Shown here: one piece after another, positions 27,745 through 40,461 of the stretch
How positions within the stretch are numbered: the stretch's first letter is position 1
Layout: each line of letters begins with the position of its first letter
Source of the DNA: Lama guanicoe
Lineage: Eukaryota
Direction of reading: 5' to 3'
DNA length: 64,000 bases
Assembly (NCBI GenBank): GCA_013239625.1
Contig: MU053557.1
Location: 4,618,123-4,682,122, forward strand
Program-made: the position numbers and the translations under genes
Notes under the pieces: model-generated
What the model saw: only the letters and a program-made list of their open reading frames with translations
The model's database searches: none
What the model was told of the DNA's origin: nothing

Positions 27745-27884
27745 ATGGAGGTGTTTTTTTTATTTTAAATCAGCTGAGTAATGGATGACTACTGTTGAGG
27801 GGCAAAATTAGCTACCCCTTTTAGCCTCCCCCAAGCCCACCTCCTCCCCAGAGGTAACCAACGTTGGCTCTTTTGCTTGGCAGG

Positions 27885-28135
27885 CAGTAAGGCTTAGTGG
27901 TGAGAACCCAGATTCTAGAGTCAGACTGCCTGGGTTTAGATCCGACCTCTGCCATTTACTGACTGTGATTTTGGACAAATGAGCTCAGCTCTCTGGGCCT
28001 CCATTTCCTCATCTGTAAAATAAGGATAATAGTAACAGCCCCTCCTGAATCGTGAAAACTCAGGGGGATGACGTACGTACATTGCTGAGCACAGTTCCTG
28101 ACAGAGTAACCACTCCCTGTACGTTACCTGTTATT
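27885..28135 (+). mobile_element. MIR SINE
   Basis: gagtcagactgcctgggttt...tttcctcatctgtaaaataaggataatagtaac. Confidence 0.8.
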
Positions 28136-30734
28136 ATCCCCCCAGACCTTCCCTTGTGCACTTACCCCTTCGATTTATTCACGCGTATCTTCCATCCCAA
28201 ACTCCCTCCTATGCTTCTGCCTCTTGATACACTGACCACACCCAGCCCACTTGTTTTAACGTTAAACCTCAGCTCTGAAAGTCTGGTTCCAGGAATTCAC
28301 GCAAGGAACAAGGAATGCAGATGTAACGGCACAGTGATGACACTTGCATGACCCTAAGGGGTTACCACAAGTAGCTCTCACAGTCTCCCTGTCAGAGTTT
28401 TCAGAAAACAAATTACTCACTTACTCGAAGTGTGGGCACACAACAAGCCCGCTAACACATCCCTCTAGAAACAGCAGATGTGCCCAAAATACACCACCCC
28501 AGGATAACATAGATCATAGCCTCTCATTGCCACAACAGGAAACACCCAATTCACACATTCCTCTGCAGGATATATCAAAAGCATGTCAGCCACCCACCTC
28601 TGCAGCTCAAAGAAATCCCAGAACAGAGAGAGTTCAGAGATGGGGCAGAAAAAAAGAGGTGGAATGGGCTGCAGCCAATGGCTTTTTTCTTGGCAGTCAG
28701 CAGGGAGGGAAAACCAGAAGACCTTTGCCCAAGCTGGACTGGTCCAGAAATGGATTTGACAATGTTCCAGCAAAGCTCAGTGGCAAACTGATAGAGATAG
28801 TAATTTAGAAAGAATTTCTGCGTTGAGTAGGAGGTGGGGGTAGAAGATGGCTTTGAGGATTCTTTAATATTAAGTATTGCTTATACTTACGGAGCCCACA
28901 TTACATGCCAAGCAGTGTACTAAGCTCATTTATATGATTTAGGTAATTTCATACTCACAAATGACTGAAGTTATTCCCACTCTAGAGATGAGCAGACTTG
29001 AGACCGGTGTCTCATAACTTGGCAAGGTCACACAGCCAGCGAGTGAGCAGCAGCGTGGCTGGCATCCAGATGCAGCCCTCCTGACTCCAGCGTGCCGTGA
29101 GCTTCTTTGCATCCCTTCCAATGCAGGGATCCCGTCTCTGTGGTCTCACCCTAGGAAATAGGATCAGCGCCTTGCATTCTCATCCAGCTCCAAAATCAAG
29201 CCCAAGGGCCCTTTTCCAAACTACCAGATAACTCTTATGTCTCTCCCCTAACCTTTCAGGCAGACAGCTTTCTAATGCCTGAACCCTTACTTGAATCCCT
29301 TCTTCAGTCTTTAGCAAATACCTGCGAACACGCTACAGGCACTTTGGGAGCTGGCGTGTGACAGCTGCTGCCCCTGGTGGCTTTCCTGGGCCCCAGGCCG
29401 TTGCAGGCTCCTTGCTAAACTGGTTGATTCTCTGCTTGATGTTTCACTATTCAACCAGGAGCTCCACTGTTTTTATTACACTTCCAGCCAATTATTCACA
29501 GTTGTTATATTTTCTCCACGTCAGTTTTGTCACTCTTTTAATTATACCCCAGTATTGCATAGGTGCTTCTACCTTTTAAAGACTATTTTAAAGACGACTC
29601 AATTAGAATGTGGGAACATTTTTATCCACAAGGTCAAGTGACCTTCAAGCAAGGGAAAAAGAAAGTTGTGCCGGCACCACTAAAGAGAACGTCACTTAGG
29701 TTGTGTTGTTTATGAGAGAGGAATCAGGCCATTATCTGCTTTTAAGAGAGACTAGTAAATCTGATGACATACAGCACAGTCTAGTTTAAAAGTGGGACCA
29801 GTTAATGGAGAGAGGACAGAGTGGAGGGAAAGAAAGAGGCCCAGAAAAGGACACACAGAGCCAGAATCCGTTTTTAATTGGAAGGAATTTTATAAATCAT
29901 TTTCTCCAACCTCCTCAGTGACTAAGGCAAGGATTGAGACTGGAAAAGTTACAGTATTTGCTTAATATTAATGACAGCAGAGAGGAAATTGGAACCCAGG
30001 TTACCCCCGACACTTCCCACCAGAGAGAAACACACGAGATGGGGAATGACAGAGGGAGAAAGGAAGAGCCAGGTGGAGGAATCAGATGCTGAATCTTTTT
30101 TCTGCTGTGTTCAACTCATGTGCTCCTTTTAACTTCCAACGGAGCCAGTCACCCCTCTCCTTCCAATACATTGTTTTGCTTCAATAATTTTAGATGATCT
30201 TGGTAGCATTTAGGGAAGAGCTTTACTAGAAAACTTAGTTGTGGAATTGTGATGTATTTTCTCACAGAACGCTGAAGATTTGGTATGCATATAGAAGAAT
30301 ATTCACTGTTTCAGATCCTTGATTTTTAATCACATAGGCATTGACCAACTGATTTTCTGTCTTAAAAAAAATTATATTGACAGCCGTCGCCAACTGAATT
30401 TCTTGCTTTTGTTCTTGGAAAGGTTAAGATTATTCAATCTTATGGTGTCTGGAAAATTGTTCTTTTTCAAAAATCAGTATGTATTTCACTGCTCTGAATC
30501 TTTTGTTTGCAGATAAAATTCAGAGTGGGTACATGTATGAGTCATGGGTTCTTATTGCAAATTATTTTTTAGATACAACTTTAAAACTCTTCAGGAATAA
30601 AACGGAATAATTTAAGTCTGAGGTGTATTCCCAAATTAATTTGTACATGTATTTATGTAAATAGGATTCAACCAGGTTTAATTTATTTTTCCCAATTCTC
30701 AATGCCTGGTGTTCCATTTGTGAAACTATAAGGC

Positions 30735-30948
30735 TACTATGTCCAGTATGGCAGCCACTAGCCACATGTGGCTGTTTCAGTGTAAGTGTATGTTAATTAA
30801 AATTAAATAAAGTTAAAAATGCATTACCTCAGTCACAGTAGCCACATTTCAAGTGCCCAATAGCCACATATGGCTAGAAATTATTATATTGGATGGCACA
30901 GCTATAGGACATTTCCATATCTCAAAAAATTTTATTGGACATCATTGC
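30735..30948. mobile_element. MER3/MER33-like hAT element
   Basis: gtccagtatggcagccactagccacatgtggctg...gccacatttcaagtgcccaatagccacatatggc. Confidence 0.7.
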
Positions 30949-32463
30949 TTAAGGACTAGTAACTGGGAATGTTTCTCTTGGGTACACTTCATTGGTCAAA
31001 TAACATAAAATAGAAACCACAGGTTCCCTGCACACAGTTTAGAACTCTACCATATGATCCATATGTCAACTTGTTAACCCATGGATTATTTCACAAGTGA
31101 GCAGAGCTAATCTCCTTTGAGCTTATGGCTGCTATCAGATGTTGCTCTCAAGAACAGGCAGCTCCTAACATGAGACAGTTTAAAAACTCATGTATAAGTC
31201 AACTTGGAATTCAGAAGACATTTGCCCATAGGATAAATGTTGTAAATCACATGACTGAATTTTAGTACTTTCTGAGATAAAAATTAATGGAAATAATAAT
31301 CAGCAAACAATCAACAATACAATTTTAGAATTTCAAAGCAGGGGATTATAGGTTGTGGGAAGAAATGATAGCCTCCCCTAGGAAGAAGAGATATACAAAG
31401 AAAGAAATGATACACACGCACAGAATAAAGTTAGATTCTTTTGCTGATTTAATTAACCAGTAAGGCAAAATCTTACTGGAAATGAGGTGGCTTCCAGGGC
31501 AAGAGCAGATGTGGCATGTCTCAGTGGAGCTTCCCTTGACCCACAGAGTTCCTGTTGGCACAGCCTGGGTAAGGAGAGGTCTTCACACGTCTGTGAGCTC
31601 AAATCTTGTTACATTGCTGCCCTTTTATACTCACGGCTTACACGAGCAATCTGTAAGAACTCACACCAGTGATGCATGCATTTCTGTTTATGGGGCTGTT
31701 TATAAACATCAGACATGTGTGGGCTCTGCTGACAGTCAGCATCACCAGTGTAGCACCCTCATCCTGAAAGAAGCAGCAGAGTTAGGGCTGGGAGCCCATG
31801 GGTAACTATGCCCGAGAAGGTCCATTTTCCCAAGCCGTCCCCTCCCTCTGATTTTATGCTTTTTTATCTGAATCGTTCAAAGACTGAGTTTTGACTGAAG
31901 ACCATGATCACTAGTGCATCACCCCAGAAAATCACATCATGGAGAAATTTAACTGATCTTAGAAGCTGGTTCTTGAGCAATAAGGTGGGATGAATTAGAA
32001 GAAATAGATGAAAAATGTGTGCAGTGATTCTGGAAGAACTTTTGGATAGTTTCAAGAGCTCTCACCATTGATGGTGATGATTATACTCTTTGTTCTTATT
32101 TTATTTTCAGACTCACAGCTTTGTTTTGCTCAGCAATAGTAGATCATTACACTGGTCATATAAATAGAATCCATATTTTTCTTACAAATTTGGGGGAGAG
32201 GGCAGAGTGAAATATTTTCCAGGGAACATTGAGCAGGAATTGGAAGCAAAGGAGATAGGACTAAAGAGAACGTTCGTGGACATTCTGGGGAGTGAGGAAG
32301 GATTGCTCTGAGCTGTGGGGAGAATGTGATGATCATGATAACAGTGGAGCACTGGATATGTTTGTGGAGCACTTCATGTACTTTTTGAAATGTTTACATG
32401 TATTAGCCCATTTACTGAGTTATTTAATAGATTCAGTTAACTAGTTAATTCATTTAACTTTTT

Positions 32464-35400
32464 TTTTACATTTTTTATTGATTCATAATCATTTTACAGT
32501 GTTGTGTCAAATTCCAGTGTTCAGCACAATTTTTCAGTCATTCATGGACGTATACACACTCATTGTCACATTTTTTTCTCTGTGATTTATCATAATATTT
32601 TGTGTGTATTTCCCTGTGCTATACAGTGTAATCTTGTTTATCTATTCTACAATTTTGAAATCCCAGTCTATCCCTTCCCACCTTCTACCCCGCCCCCCCC
32701 GGTAACCACAAGTCTGTATTCTCTGTCCATGAGTCTATTTCTGTCCTGTATTTATGCTTTGTTTTTGTTTGTTTGTTTGTTTTTGTTTTTTAGATTCCAC
32801 ATATGAGCGATCTCATATGGTATTTTTCTTTCTCTTTCTGGCTTACTTCACTTAGAATGACATTCTCTAGGAGCATCCATGTTGCTGCAAATGGCATTAT
32901 GTTGTCGGTTTTTATGGCTGAGTAGTATTCCATTGTATAAATATACCACCTCTTCTTTATCCAGTCACCTGTTGATGGACATTTAGGCTGTTTCCATGTT
33001 TTGGCTATTGTAAATAGTGCTGCTATGAACATTGGGGTGCAGGTGTCATCCTGAAGTAGATTTCCTTCTGGATACAAGCCCAGGAGTGGGATTCCTGGGT
33101 CATATGGTAAGTCTATTCCTAGTCTTTTGAGGAATCTCCACACTGTTTTCCATAGTGGCTGCACCAAACTGCATTCCCACCAGCAGTGTAGGAGGGTTCC
33201 CCTTTCTCCACAGCCTCTCCAGCATTTGTCATTTTTGGATTTTTGAATGACGGCCATTCTGACTGGTGTGAGGTGATACCTCATTGTAGTTTTGATTTGC
33301 ATTTCTCTGATAATTAGTGATATTGAACATTTTTTCATGTGCTTTTTGATCATTTGTATGTCTTCCTTGGAGAATTGCTTGTTTAGGTCTTCTGCCCATT
33401 TTTGGATTGGGTTGTTTATTTTTTTCTTATTGAGTCGTATGAGCTGCTTATATATTTTGGAGATCAAGCCTTTGTCGGTTTCACTTGCAAAAATTTTCTC
33501 CCATTCCGTAGGTTTTCTTCTTGTTTTATTTCTGGTTTCCTTTGCTCTGCAGAAGCTTGTAAGTTTCATTAGGTCCCATTTGTTTATTCTTGCTTTTATT
33601 TCTTCTAGGAGAAAATTTTTGAAATGTATGTCAGATAATGTTTTGCCTATGTTTTCCTCTAGGAGGTTTATTGTATCTTGTCTTATGTTTAAGTCTTTAA
33701 TCCATTTTGAGTTGATTTTTGTATATGGTGTAAGGGTGTGTTCTAGCTTCATTGTTTTACATGCTGCTGTCCAGTTTTCCCAACACCATTTGCTGAAGAG
33801 ACTGTCTTTATTCCATTGTATATTCTTGCCTCCTTTGTCGAAGATGAGTTGACCAAAAGTTTGTGGGTTCATTTCTGGGCTCTCTATTCTGTTCCATTGG
33901 TCTATATGTCTGTTTTGGTACCAATACCATGCTGTCTTGATGACTGTAGCTCTATAGTATTGTCTGAAGTCTGGGAGAGTTATTCCTCCAGCCTCTTTCT
34001 TTCTCTTCAGTAATGCTTTAGCAATTCTAGGTCTTTGATGGTTCCATATAAATTTTATTATGATTTGTTCTAGTTCTGTGAAATATGTCCTGGGTAATTG
34101 GATAGGGATTGCATTAAATCTGTAGATTGCCTTGGGCAGTGTGACCATTTTAACAATATTGATTCTTCCAATCCAAGAGCATGGAATATCTTTCCATTTT
34201 TTAAAGTCTTCTTTAATTTCCTTCATCAATGGTTTATAGTTTTCTGTGTATAATTCTTTCGCCTCCTTGGTTAGATTTATTCCCAGATATTTTATTACTT
34301 TGGGTGCTATTTTAAAGGGGATTGTTTCTTTACTTTCTTTTTCTGTTGATTTATCGTTAGTGTAAAGAAAGGCAACTGATTTTTGAACATTAATTTTGTA
34401 ACCTGCTACCTTGCTGAATTCTTCGATCAGCTCTAGTAGCTTTTTTGTGGACCTTTTAGGGTTTTCTATATATAGTAACATGTCGTCAGCATATAATGAC
34501 ACTTTTACCTCTTCTTTTCCAATTTGGATCCCTTTTATTTCTTTCTCTTGCCTGATTGCTGTGGCTAGGACTTCCAGGACTATATTGAATAGGAGTGGTG
34601 ATAGTGGGCATCCTTGTCTTGTCCCAGATTTTAGTGGGAAGCTTTTGAGTTTTTCACCGTTGAGAACTATGCTGGCTATAGGTTTGTCATATATAGCTTT
34701 TATTATGTTGAGATATGTTCCCTCTATACCCACTTTGGCGAGAGTTTTTATCATAAATGGGTGTTGAATTTTATCAAATGCTTTTTCTGCATCGATTGAG
34801 ATGATCATGTGGTTTTTGTCCTTTCTCTTGTTGATGTGATGTATTACATTGATTGATTTGCGTATGTTGAACCAGCCTTGTGTCCCTGGGATGAACCCCA
34901 CTTGGTCATGATGTATAATCTTTTTTATGTGTTGTTGGATTCTATTTGCTAAAATTTTGGTGAGGATTTTGGCGTCTATGTTCATCAGTGATATTGGCCT
35001 ATAATTCTCTTTTTTTGTAGTGTCTTTGCCTGGTTTTGGTATCAGGGTGATGGTGGCTTCATAGAATGAGTTTGGGAGTATTCCCTCCTTTTCAATCGTC
35101 TGGAAGAGTTTGAGAAGGACTGGTATGAGTTCTTCTTTGTATGTTTGGTAGAATTCCCTGGTGAAGCCATCCGGTCCTGGACTTTTATTTGTAGGGAGGT
35201 TTTTAATTGCTATTTCTATTTCCTTTCTAGTGATCGGATTGTTCAAGTGTTCAGTTTCTTCTTGATTCAGTTTTGGTGGACAGTATGTTTCCAGAAACTT
35301 GTCCATCTCCTCTAGGTTATCCAGTTTGGTTCCATATAGTTTTTCATAATATTCTCGTATGATATTCTGTATTTCTATTTTGTTTGTTGTAATTTCTCCA

Positions 35401-35827
35401 TTTTCCTTTCTTATTTTGCTAATTTGTGCTCTCTCTTTTTTCTTCTTTGTGAGTTTGGCCAGAGGTTTGTCGATTTTATTTACTTTTTCAAAAAACCAGC
35501 TTTTGGTTTGGTTGATTTTTTCTATGGTCTTGTTAATCTCTATTGTATTTAATTCCTCTCTGATCTTTATTATTTCCTTCCTTCTGCTGCTTTTTGGGGC
35601 TTTTTGTTCTTCTTTTTCTAATTGATTCAGGTGGTGGGTTAACTTGTTTATTTGAGATTGTTCTTCTTTTTTGAGGAAGGCCTGTATCGCTATAAACTTC
35701 CCTCTTAGCACTGCCTTTGCTGTGTCCCATAGGTTTTGAGTGGATGTGCTTTCATTATCATTTGTCTCAAGGTATTTTTTAATTTCAGCTTTGATTTCCT
35801 CATTGATCCATTGTTTTTTCAATAACC
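32464..35827 (-). mobile_element. Young 5'-truncated LINE-1 with perfect TSD
   Basis: PolyA and 3' UTR at the left end, intact ORF2 remainder, TSD TCATTTAACTTTTT at 32450-32463 and 35828-35841; target TTTTT/AT resembles the L1 endonuclease site. Confidence 0.98.
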
Positions 35828-35831
35828 TCAT
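32790..35831 (-). CDS. L1 ORF2p lacking the endonuclease domain (1013 aa: PIP box, Z domain, RT, CCHC C-terminus)
   Basis: QNIIREYY (PIP-like), [46 protein letters not shown]; no stops or frameshifts. Expression not shown. Confidence 0.85.
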   Translation of the reverse strand: MRLLKKQWINEEIKAEIKKYLETNDNESTSTQNLWDTAKAVLRGKFIAIQAFLKKEEQSQINKLTHHLNQLEKEEQKAPKSSRRKEIIKIREELNTIEINKTIEKINQTKSWFFEKVNKIDKPLAKLTKKKKERAQISKIRKENGEITTNKIEIQNIIREYYEKLYGTKLDNLEEMDKFLETYCPPKLNQEETEHLNNPITRKEIEIAIKNLPTNKSPGPDGFTREFYQTYKEELIPVLLKLFQTIEKEGILPNSFYEATITLIPKPGKDTTKKENYRPISLMNIDAKILTKILANRIQQHIKKIIHHDQVGFIPGTQGWFNIRKSINVIHHINKRKDKNHMIISIDAEKAFDKIQHPFMIKTLAKVGIEGTYLNIIKAIYDKPIASIVLNGEKLKSFPLKSGTRQGCPLSPLLFNIVLEVLATAIRQEKEIKGIQIGKEEVKVSLYADDMLLYIENPKRSTKKLLELIEEFSKVAGYKINVQKSVAFLYTNDKSTEKESKETIPFKIAPKVIKYLGINLTKEAKELYTENYKPLMKEIKEDFKKWKDIPCSWIGRINIVKMVTLPKAIYRFNAIPIQLPRTYFTELEQIIIKFIWNHQRPRIAKALLKRKKEAGGITLPDFRQYYRATVIKTAWYWYQNRHIDQWNRIESPEMNPQTFGQLIFDKGGKNIQWNKDSLFSKWCWENWTAACKTMKLEHTLTPYTKINSKWIKDLNIRQDTINLLEENIGKTLSDIHFKNFLLEEIKARINKWDLMKLTSFCRAKETRNKTRRKPTEWEKIFASETDKGLISKIYKQLIRLNKKKINNPIQKWAEDLNKQFSKEDIQMIKKHMKKCSISLIIREMQIKTTMRYHLTPVRMAVIQKSKNDKCWRGCGERGTLLHCWWECSLVQPLWKTVWRFLKRLGIDLPYDPGIPLLGLYPEGNLLQDDTCTPMFIAALFTIAKTWKQPKCPSTGDWIKKRWYIYTMEYYSAIKTDNIMPFAATWMLLENVILSEVSQKEKEKYHMRSLICGI

Positions 35832-36174
35832 TTAACTTTTTATCTTAAATGTGAGACAGAAAAAAAGTTGAATAGGAACATGAATTCCTTGAGAGAAAGA
35901 TTATAATAAGAAAGATATTATTCTCTCACCTCAGATAATGAAGTTGTCAGCATAACAGTTTCAGGGCCAAGCAACCAGCTCTTTGCCCTGTAGCACACTT
36001 AGCATTCAAGATGTAGGAGGCAATTGGAAGTCCTGCTTTCTTGTTTTTTGTCTTTAAAGGAAGGCCAGATGAGATAAGTTATGTAGATCATCTTTGAGAA
36101 TCCAAAGAAGGCTATAGGTAATATGCATGACACCAAATTTTACATATAATCAGAGAGAAATATTAGCTCTCAGG

Positions 36175-36520
36175 TGTATCAATCAGGATGTGCTGTAGTT
36201 AAAAAAAAAAAAAACTTAGAGGCTGTGACAACGAGAGTGCCTCCTTGCCTGTGATAGATATTCATCTTGGATTAGCTTAGAGCTCTGCTCCGACAGTCCT
36301 CATTCAAGAATCCGAGATGCTGCATCCTGCACCCCATCTGGGGCACTACTGGTTTCTGGGCTATGAAAGGCAACATGGCAGATCACATACTGGCTCCTGG
36401 GGCTTCCTGTTGGAATTGGCACACAATTTCCATTCACATTTCATCATCAAGCCAGATGCCACGTGTAATCTTTCATGTGCTGAGAATAAAAGATTCAAAT
36501 TTCAGTGAACAGATAATAAC
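36175..36520. mobile_element. Old MLT1 LTR remnant
   Basis: tgtatcaatcagg...tgtgctgt...ggctcctggggcttcctgttggaattggcacacaatttcc. Confidence 0.45.
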
Positions 36521-37810
36521 AACTGCCACATTTGATCAGGAACTCCTGAACTAGGTGATCTCTAGGTTCCTTGGCAGTTCAGGGTTTCTGTGAGTCCAGG
36601 TTAACCTATATTATGCTTATTCAGAGGTTTATGTGTCTAAATGATAAGTCTACGTGTCTAAATGACAGACACCAATTCCCTTCCAGTCAAGGGTCATCTT
36701 TATAACTGGGACAAGAGTGAGCCTTCTCCTAATAGTGTCCGAGCAGACCCTTGTGGACTATTGCCTCACCTGGAGTGACAATTGAGGAATTGAGTGATTC
36801 GCTCCCCGGTGCCCCTAGTGGCTTCCTCCTAGAGAGATTTGGTTCCTCATTGGCAAAGTTATCTCAGCAATTTACACATAATGAGCTTGAACCAGACAGC
36901 TGTTAATATCCCTTCCAACCCTGAAACTTTATGTTCTAGGCAAGTGCCTGTTATTATTGAATACTGGATGACCAAATTTTAGATTGGTCGAGCAACGTGT
37001 ATTTTAGGGAAAAGAAGTCTAGGAAAGTGGCCATGAGAAAGTCTAAGCAAGAGATCAGTAGCCTCCAAAGGCTGGTGTAGGTCCACAGCATCACCAGGTG
37101 CCGTCCATGGCACTGCAGGCGCCAGTGACTTTACCCCCTTCATAATCTCCACCAGCCCTTTTTTCTTAGTTACACACATTTGACATTTTCTCAGTGTTTC
37201 GGAGAGTGCTGGTCAGAGGCAGCTGTAAGAGGAGTCGCCTTGTCAGCCTCCTTCCAACCAGAGTGCCTCCCTTCGTGCCTCTTCTATAGAAAGTCTGTGC
37301 CACCATGGACCACCTTCATTTTAAAGATGTGAAAACTGAACTGAAGAGAGGGGCTGAAATTGCTGAACAAAAAGGCCAGCTGGCGGCAAGGTCAGCTACC
37401 CATTTCCCTGAGACCCATGAGTCAATTGCAAGACCTGTGTTTGGGGCCTGGGATTGATCCAGAATTTTCCCAAGAAATCATCTTTCTAGATCTTTTACCT
37501 CAAGATACTCTACTTCCTCTTTTATTTTTCTTCATTCATGAATTTGGCCTCTAGTGTTGCAAGAAAAGGTTATGTTCACTCATAAGGTCTGCCTGCTTAA
37601 GGGACGTATGGACTCACGTCTTAATGCCACTCACCTTCGGCTGGTGCCTTAGCTTGGCGTATTCCGCCTAATGATGTCCTGAAGGTACTTTGCTAATCAT
37701 TCTCACCCTTTCTGCTTTTTCTGCCAGTTAAGATTATAATAATGTCTTACGGCAGGCTTTTTAAAGAATGAGGGCCCTGTGAATGACGATCTCTCTGTTT
37801 CCTTCTACAG

Positions 37811-37948
37811 TTCCTTATCAACAGAATCCTTACAATCCCCGAGGCAGCTCCAATGTCATCCAGTGCTACCGATGCGGAGACACCTGCAAAGGGGAGGTGG
37901 TTCGTGTCCACAATAACCACTTCCACATCAGATGCTTCACCTGTCAAG
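37811..37948 (+). CDS. ABLIM3: ABLIM3 internal coding exon (138 nt, phase 1-1): PYQQNPYNPRGSSNVIQCYRCGDTCKGEVVRVHNNHFHIRCFTCQ, start of LIM1
   Basis: Acceptor ccttctacag| and donor caag|gtagga. Peptide matches the recalled ABLIM3 N-terminus (MNTSIPYQQNPYNPRGSSNVIQC...) with the LIM CxxC...HxxC pattern. Confidence 0.97.
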
Positions 37949-38396
37949 GTAGGAAGTCTGATTTCCCAACCTCCTCCTCAGATTCCTGGCCATGCTCTCA
38001 CCCCAGGACGTGCCACAGGGCAGGCAGAACAAACACAGGCAGCTGAGACACCTATAGAGGCCTAAAGAGACCTCCCTTGAGCGGTCCTTCCTTGAGTTGT
38101 GAGAATTCTCCCTTAAGCAGCTGGTGTGAAGAGAAGAGAGAGGCAAGGGTGAGGGTGGTGGTGTGATACGGAGGAAGGAGGGAGTCTGGTGACCCAGCGT
38201 GGAAGTGCTGGCCCAGAAGGAAGAAGGCAGTTCTGCAAGCTAACGTGCCATATCTGAGACGACTCCTGGTTTGTGCCTGTAAATAAGTTTGAAAGTCAGT
38301 GAAAGAGCAAGCTGTCCTGGCTAAGATGTGGCATTGCTCTGAGATAAGTGTGAGGATTCTCAAAGATTAGATTTAACAAAGGGGAAGGTACTTCGT

Positions 38397-40461
38397 TTTG
38401 TTTTTTTTTTTTAATTGAAGTACAGTCAGTTACAGTGTGTCCATTTCTGGTGTACAGCACAAGGCCCCAGTCATGCATATACACACATATATTCATTTTC
38501 TTATTCTTTATCATTAAAGGTTATTACAAGATATTGAATATAGTTCCCTGTGCTGTACAGAAGAAATCTGATTTTTTTTAATCTATTTTTATATATAGTG
38601 GCTAACATATGCAAATCTCAAACTCTCGAATTTATCCCTTTCCACACCCTTTCTCCTAGTAACCATAAGATTCTTTACTATGTCTGCAAGCCTATTTCTG
38701 TCTTGTAGATGAGTTCATTAGTGTCCTGTTTTTTCTTTTTTTTTAAATTCCACGTATGAGTGAAAACATACAGTATTTTTCTTTCTCTTTCTGGCTTACT
38801 TCATTTAGAAAGATGATCTCTAGGTCCATCTATGTTGCTGCAAAAGGCATTATTTTACTCTTTTTTATGGCTGAGTAGTATTTCGTTGTATAAATATACC
38901 ACAGCTTCTTTATCTAGTCATCTGTCAGTGGACATTTGGGTTGTTTCCATGTCTTGGCTATTGTAAATAGTGCTGCTGTGAACATTAGGGTGCATGTATC
39001 TTTTCGAATTAGAGTTCCCTCCAGATATATGCCCAGGAGTGGGATTGCTGGATCATGTGGTAAGTCTATTTTTAGTCTTTCAAGGAATCTCCATACTGTT
39101 TTCCATAATAACTGCACCAGACTACATTCCTACCAACAGTGTAGGAGGATTCCCTTTTTGCCACACCCTCTCCCACATCTATCACTTGTGAACTTTTAAA
39201 TGGTGGCCATTCTGACTGGTGTATGGTGATACCTCATTGTGGTTTTGATTTGCATTTCTCTGATAATTAGTGATTTGAGCATTTTTTCATGTGCCTGTTG
39301 GCTATTTGTATGTCTTCACTGGAGAATTGTTTAGGTCTTCTGCCCATTTTTGGATTGGATTGTTTGAGGTTTTTTGTTACTAAGTTTGTATATGCTGTTT
39401 ATATATTCTGGAAATTAAACCTTTGTCAGTCGCATCATTTGCAAATATTTTCTCCCATTCCATAGGTTGTCTTTTTGTTTTGCTTATGGAATCCTTTGCT
39501 GTGCAAAAGCTGATAAGTTTAATTAGGTCTGATTTGTCTATTTTTGCTTTTATTTCTATTGCGTGGGTAGACTACTCTAGGAGAATATTGCTAAGATTTA
39601 TGTCAGAGAATGTTTTGCCTTTGTTTTCTTCTAGAAGGTTTATTTTATATTTAAGTCCTTAAGCCATTTTAAGTTTATTTTTGTGTATGGTGTCAGGGAG
39701 TGTTTTAACTTCTTTGATTTACATGTGGGTGTCCAGTTTTCCCAACACCACTTGCTGAACAGACTGTCTTTTTGCCATTGTGTATTCTTGTCTCCTTGTT
39801 GAAGATTAACTGACTGTAGGTCTTTGGGTTTATTTCTAGGCTCTCTATTCTGTTCCATTGATCCATATGTCTGTTTTTATGCCAATACCATGCTGTTTTA
39901 ATTACTGTAGCTCTGTAATATTTTCTGAAGCCTAGGAGGGTTATTCCTCCAGTTTCATTCTTTTTCTTCAATATTGCTTTGGTAATTCTGGGTCTTTTGT
40001 GATTCCATGTAAATTTTAGGATTATTCTAGTTCTGTGAAAAATGTCATGGGTAATTTGATAGGGATTGCATTAAATCTGTAGATTGCCTTGGGCAGTATG
40101 ACCATTTTAACAGTATTGATTCTTCCAATCCAAAAGCATGGGATATTTTTCCATTTTTTAGAGTCATCTTTAATTTCCTTAATCAGTATTTTGTAGTTCT
40201 CCCTGTATAAGTCTTTCACCTCCTTGGTCAGATTTATTCCTAAGTATTTTATTGTTTTTGATGTCATTTTTAAAAGGATTGTTTCTTTACTTTCTTTTCC
40301 TGCTATTTCATTGCTAGTGTAAAGAAATGCAACTGATTTCTGTATGTTAATCTTGTATCCTGCTACCTTACCTTTATCAGCTCTAGTAGTTTTTGTGTGG
40401 AGCTTTTAGGGTTTTCTATATACAGTATCATGTCTGCAGCATATGGTGCCAATTTTACCTT
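38397..40461 (-). mobile_element. 5'-truncated degenerate L1 (RT C-terminal half to 3' UTR)
   Basis: Several broken ORF2 frames ([15 protein letters not shown]..., GGITL...TAWYW...). Degenerate TSD gggaaggtacttcgt (38382-38396) / gagaagctacttctt (40462-40476). Confidence 0.93.

Noticed and set aside
27342..27788. 148-aa plus-strand ORF over the putative retrocopy
   Set aside because: PolyA signal and tail point to the minus strand; the ORF has a non-canonical start and no recognisable homology.
33292..35625. Plus-strand hydrophobic ORFs (186, 118, 88 aa) that look like membrane proteins
   Set aside because: Antisense shadows of the A-rich L1 ORF2; same for similar ORFs at 13.0-14.1 kb and 38.9-39.7 kb.
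36633..36665. 12-bp local duplication gtgtctaaatga
   Set aside because: Trivial micro-duplication with no associated structure.
37783..37810. In-frame ATG just upstream of the first exon (MTISLFPST) as an alternative start
   Set aside because: It lies in the polypyrimidine tract/acceptor; nothing in the sequence supports a promoter or first exon there.
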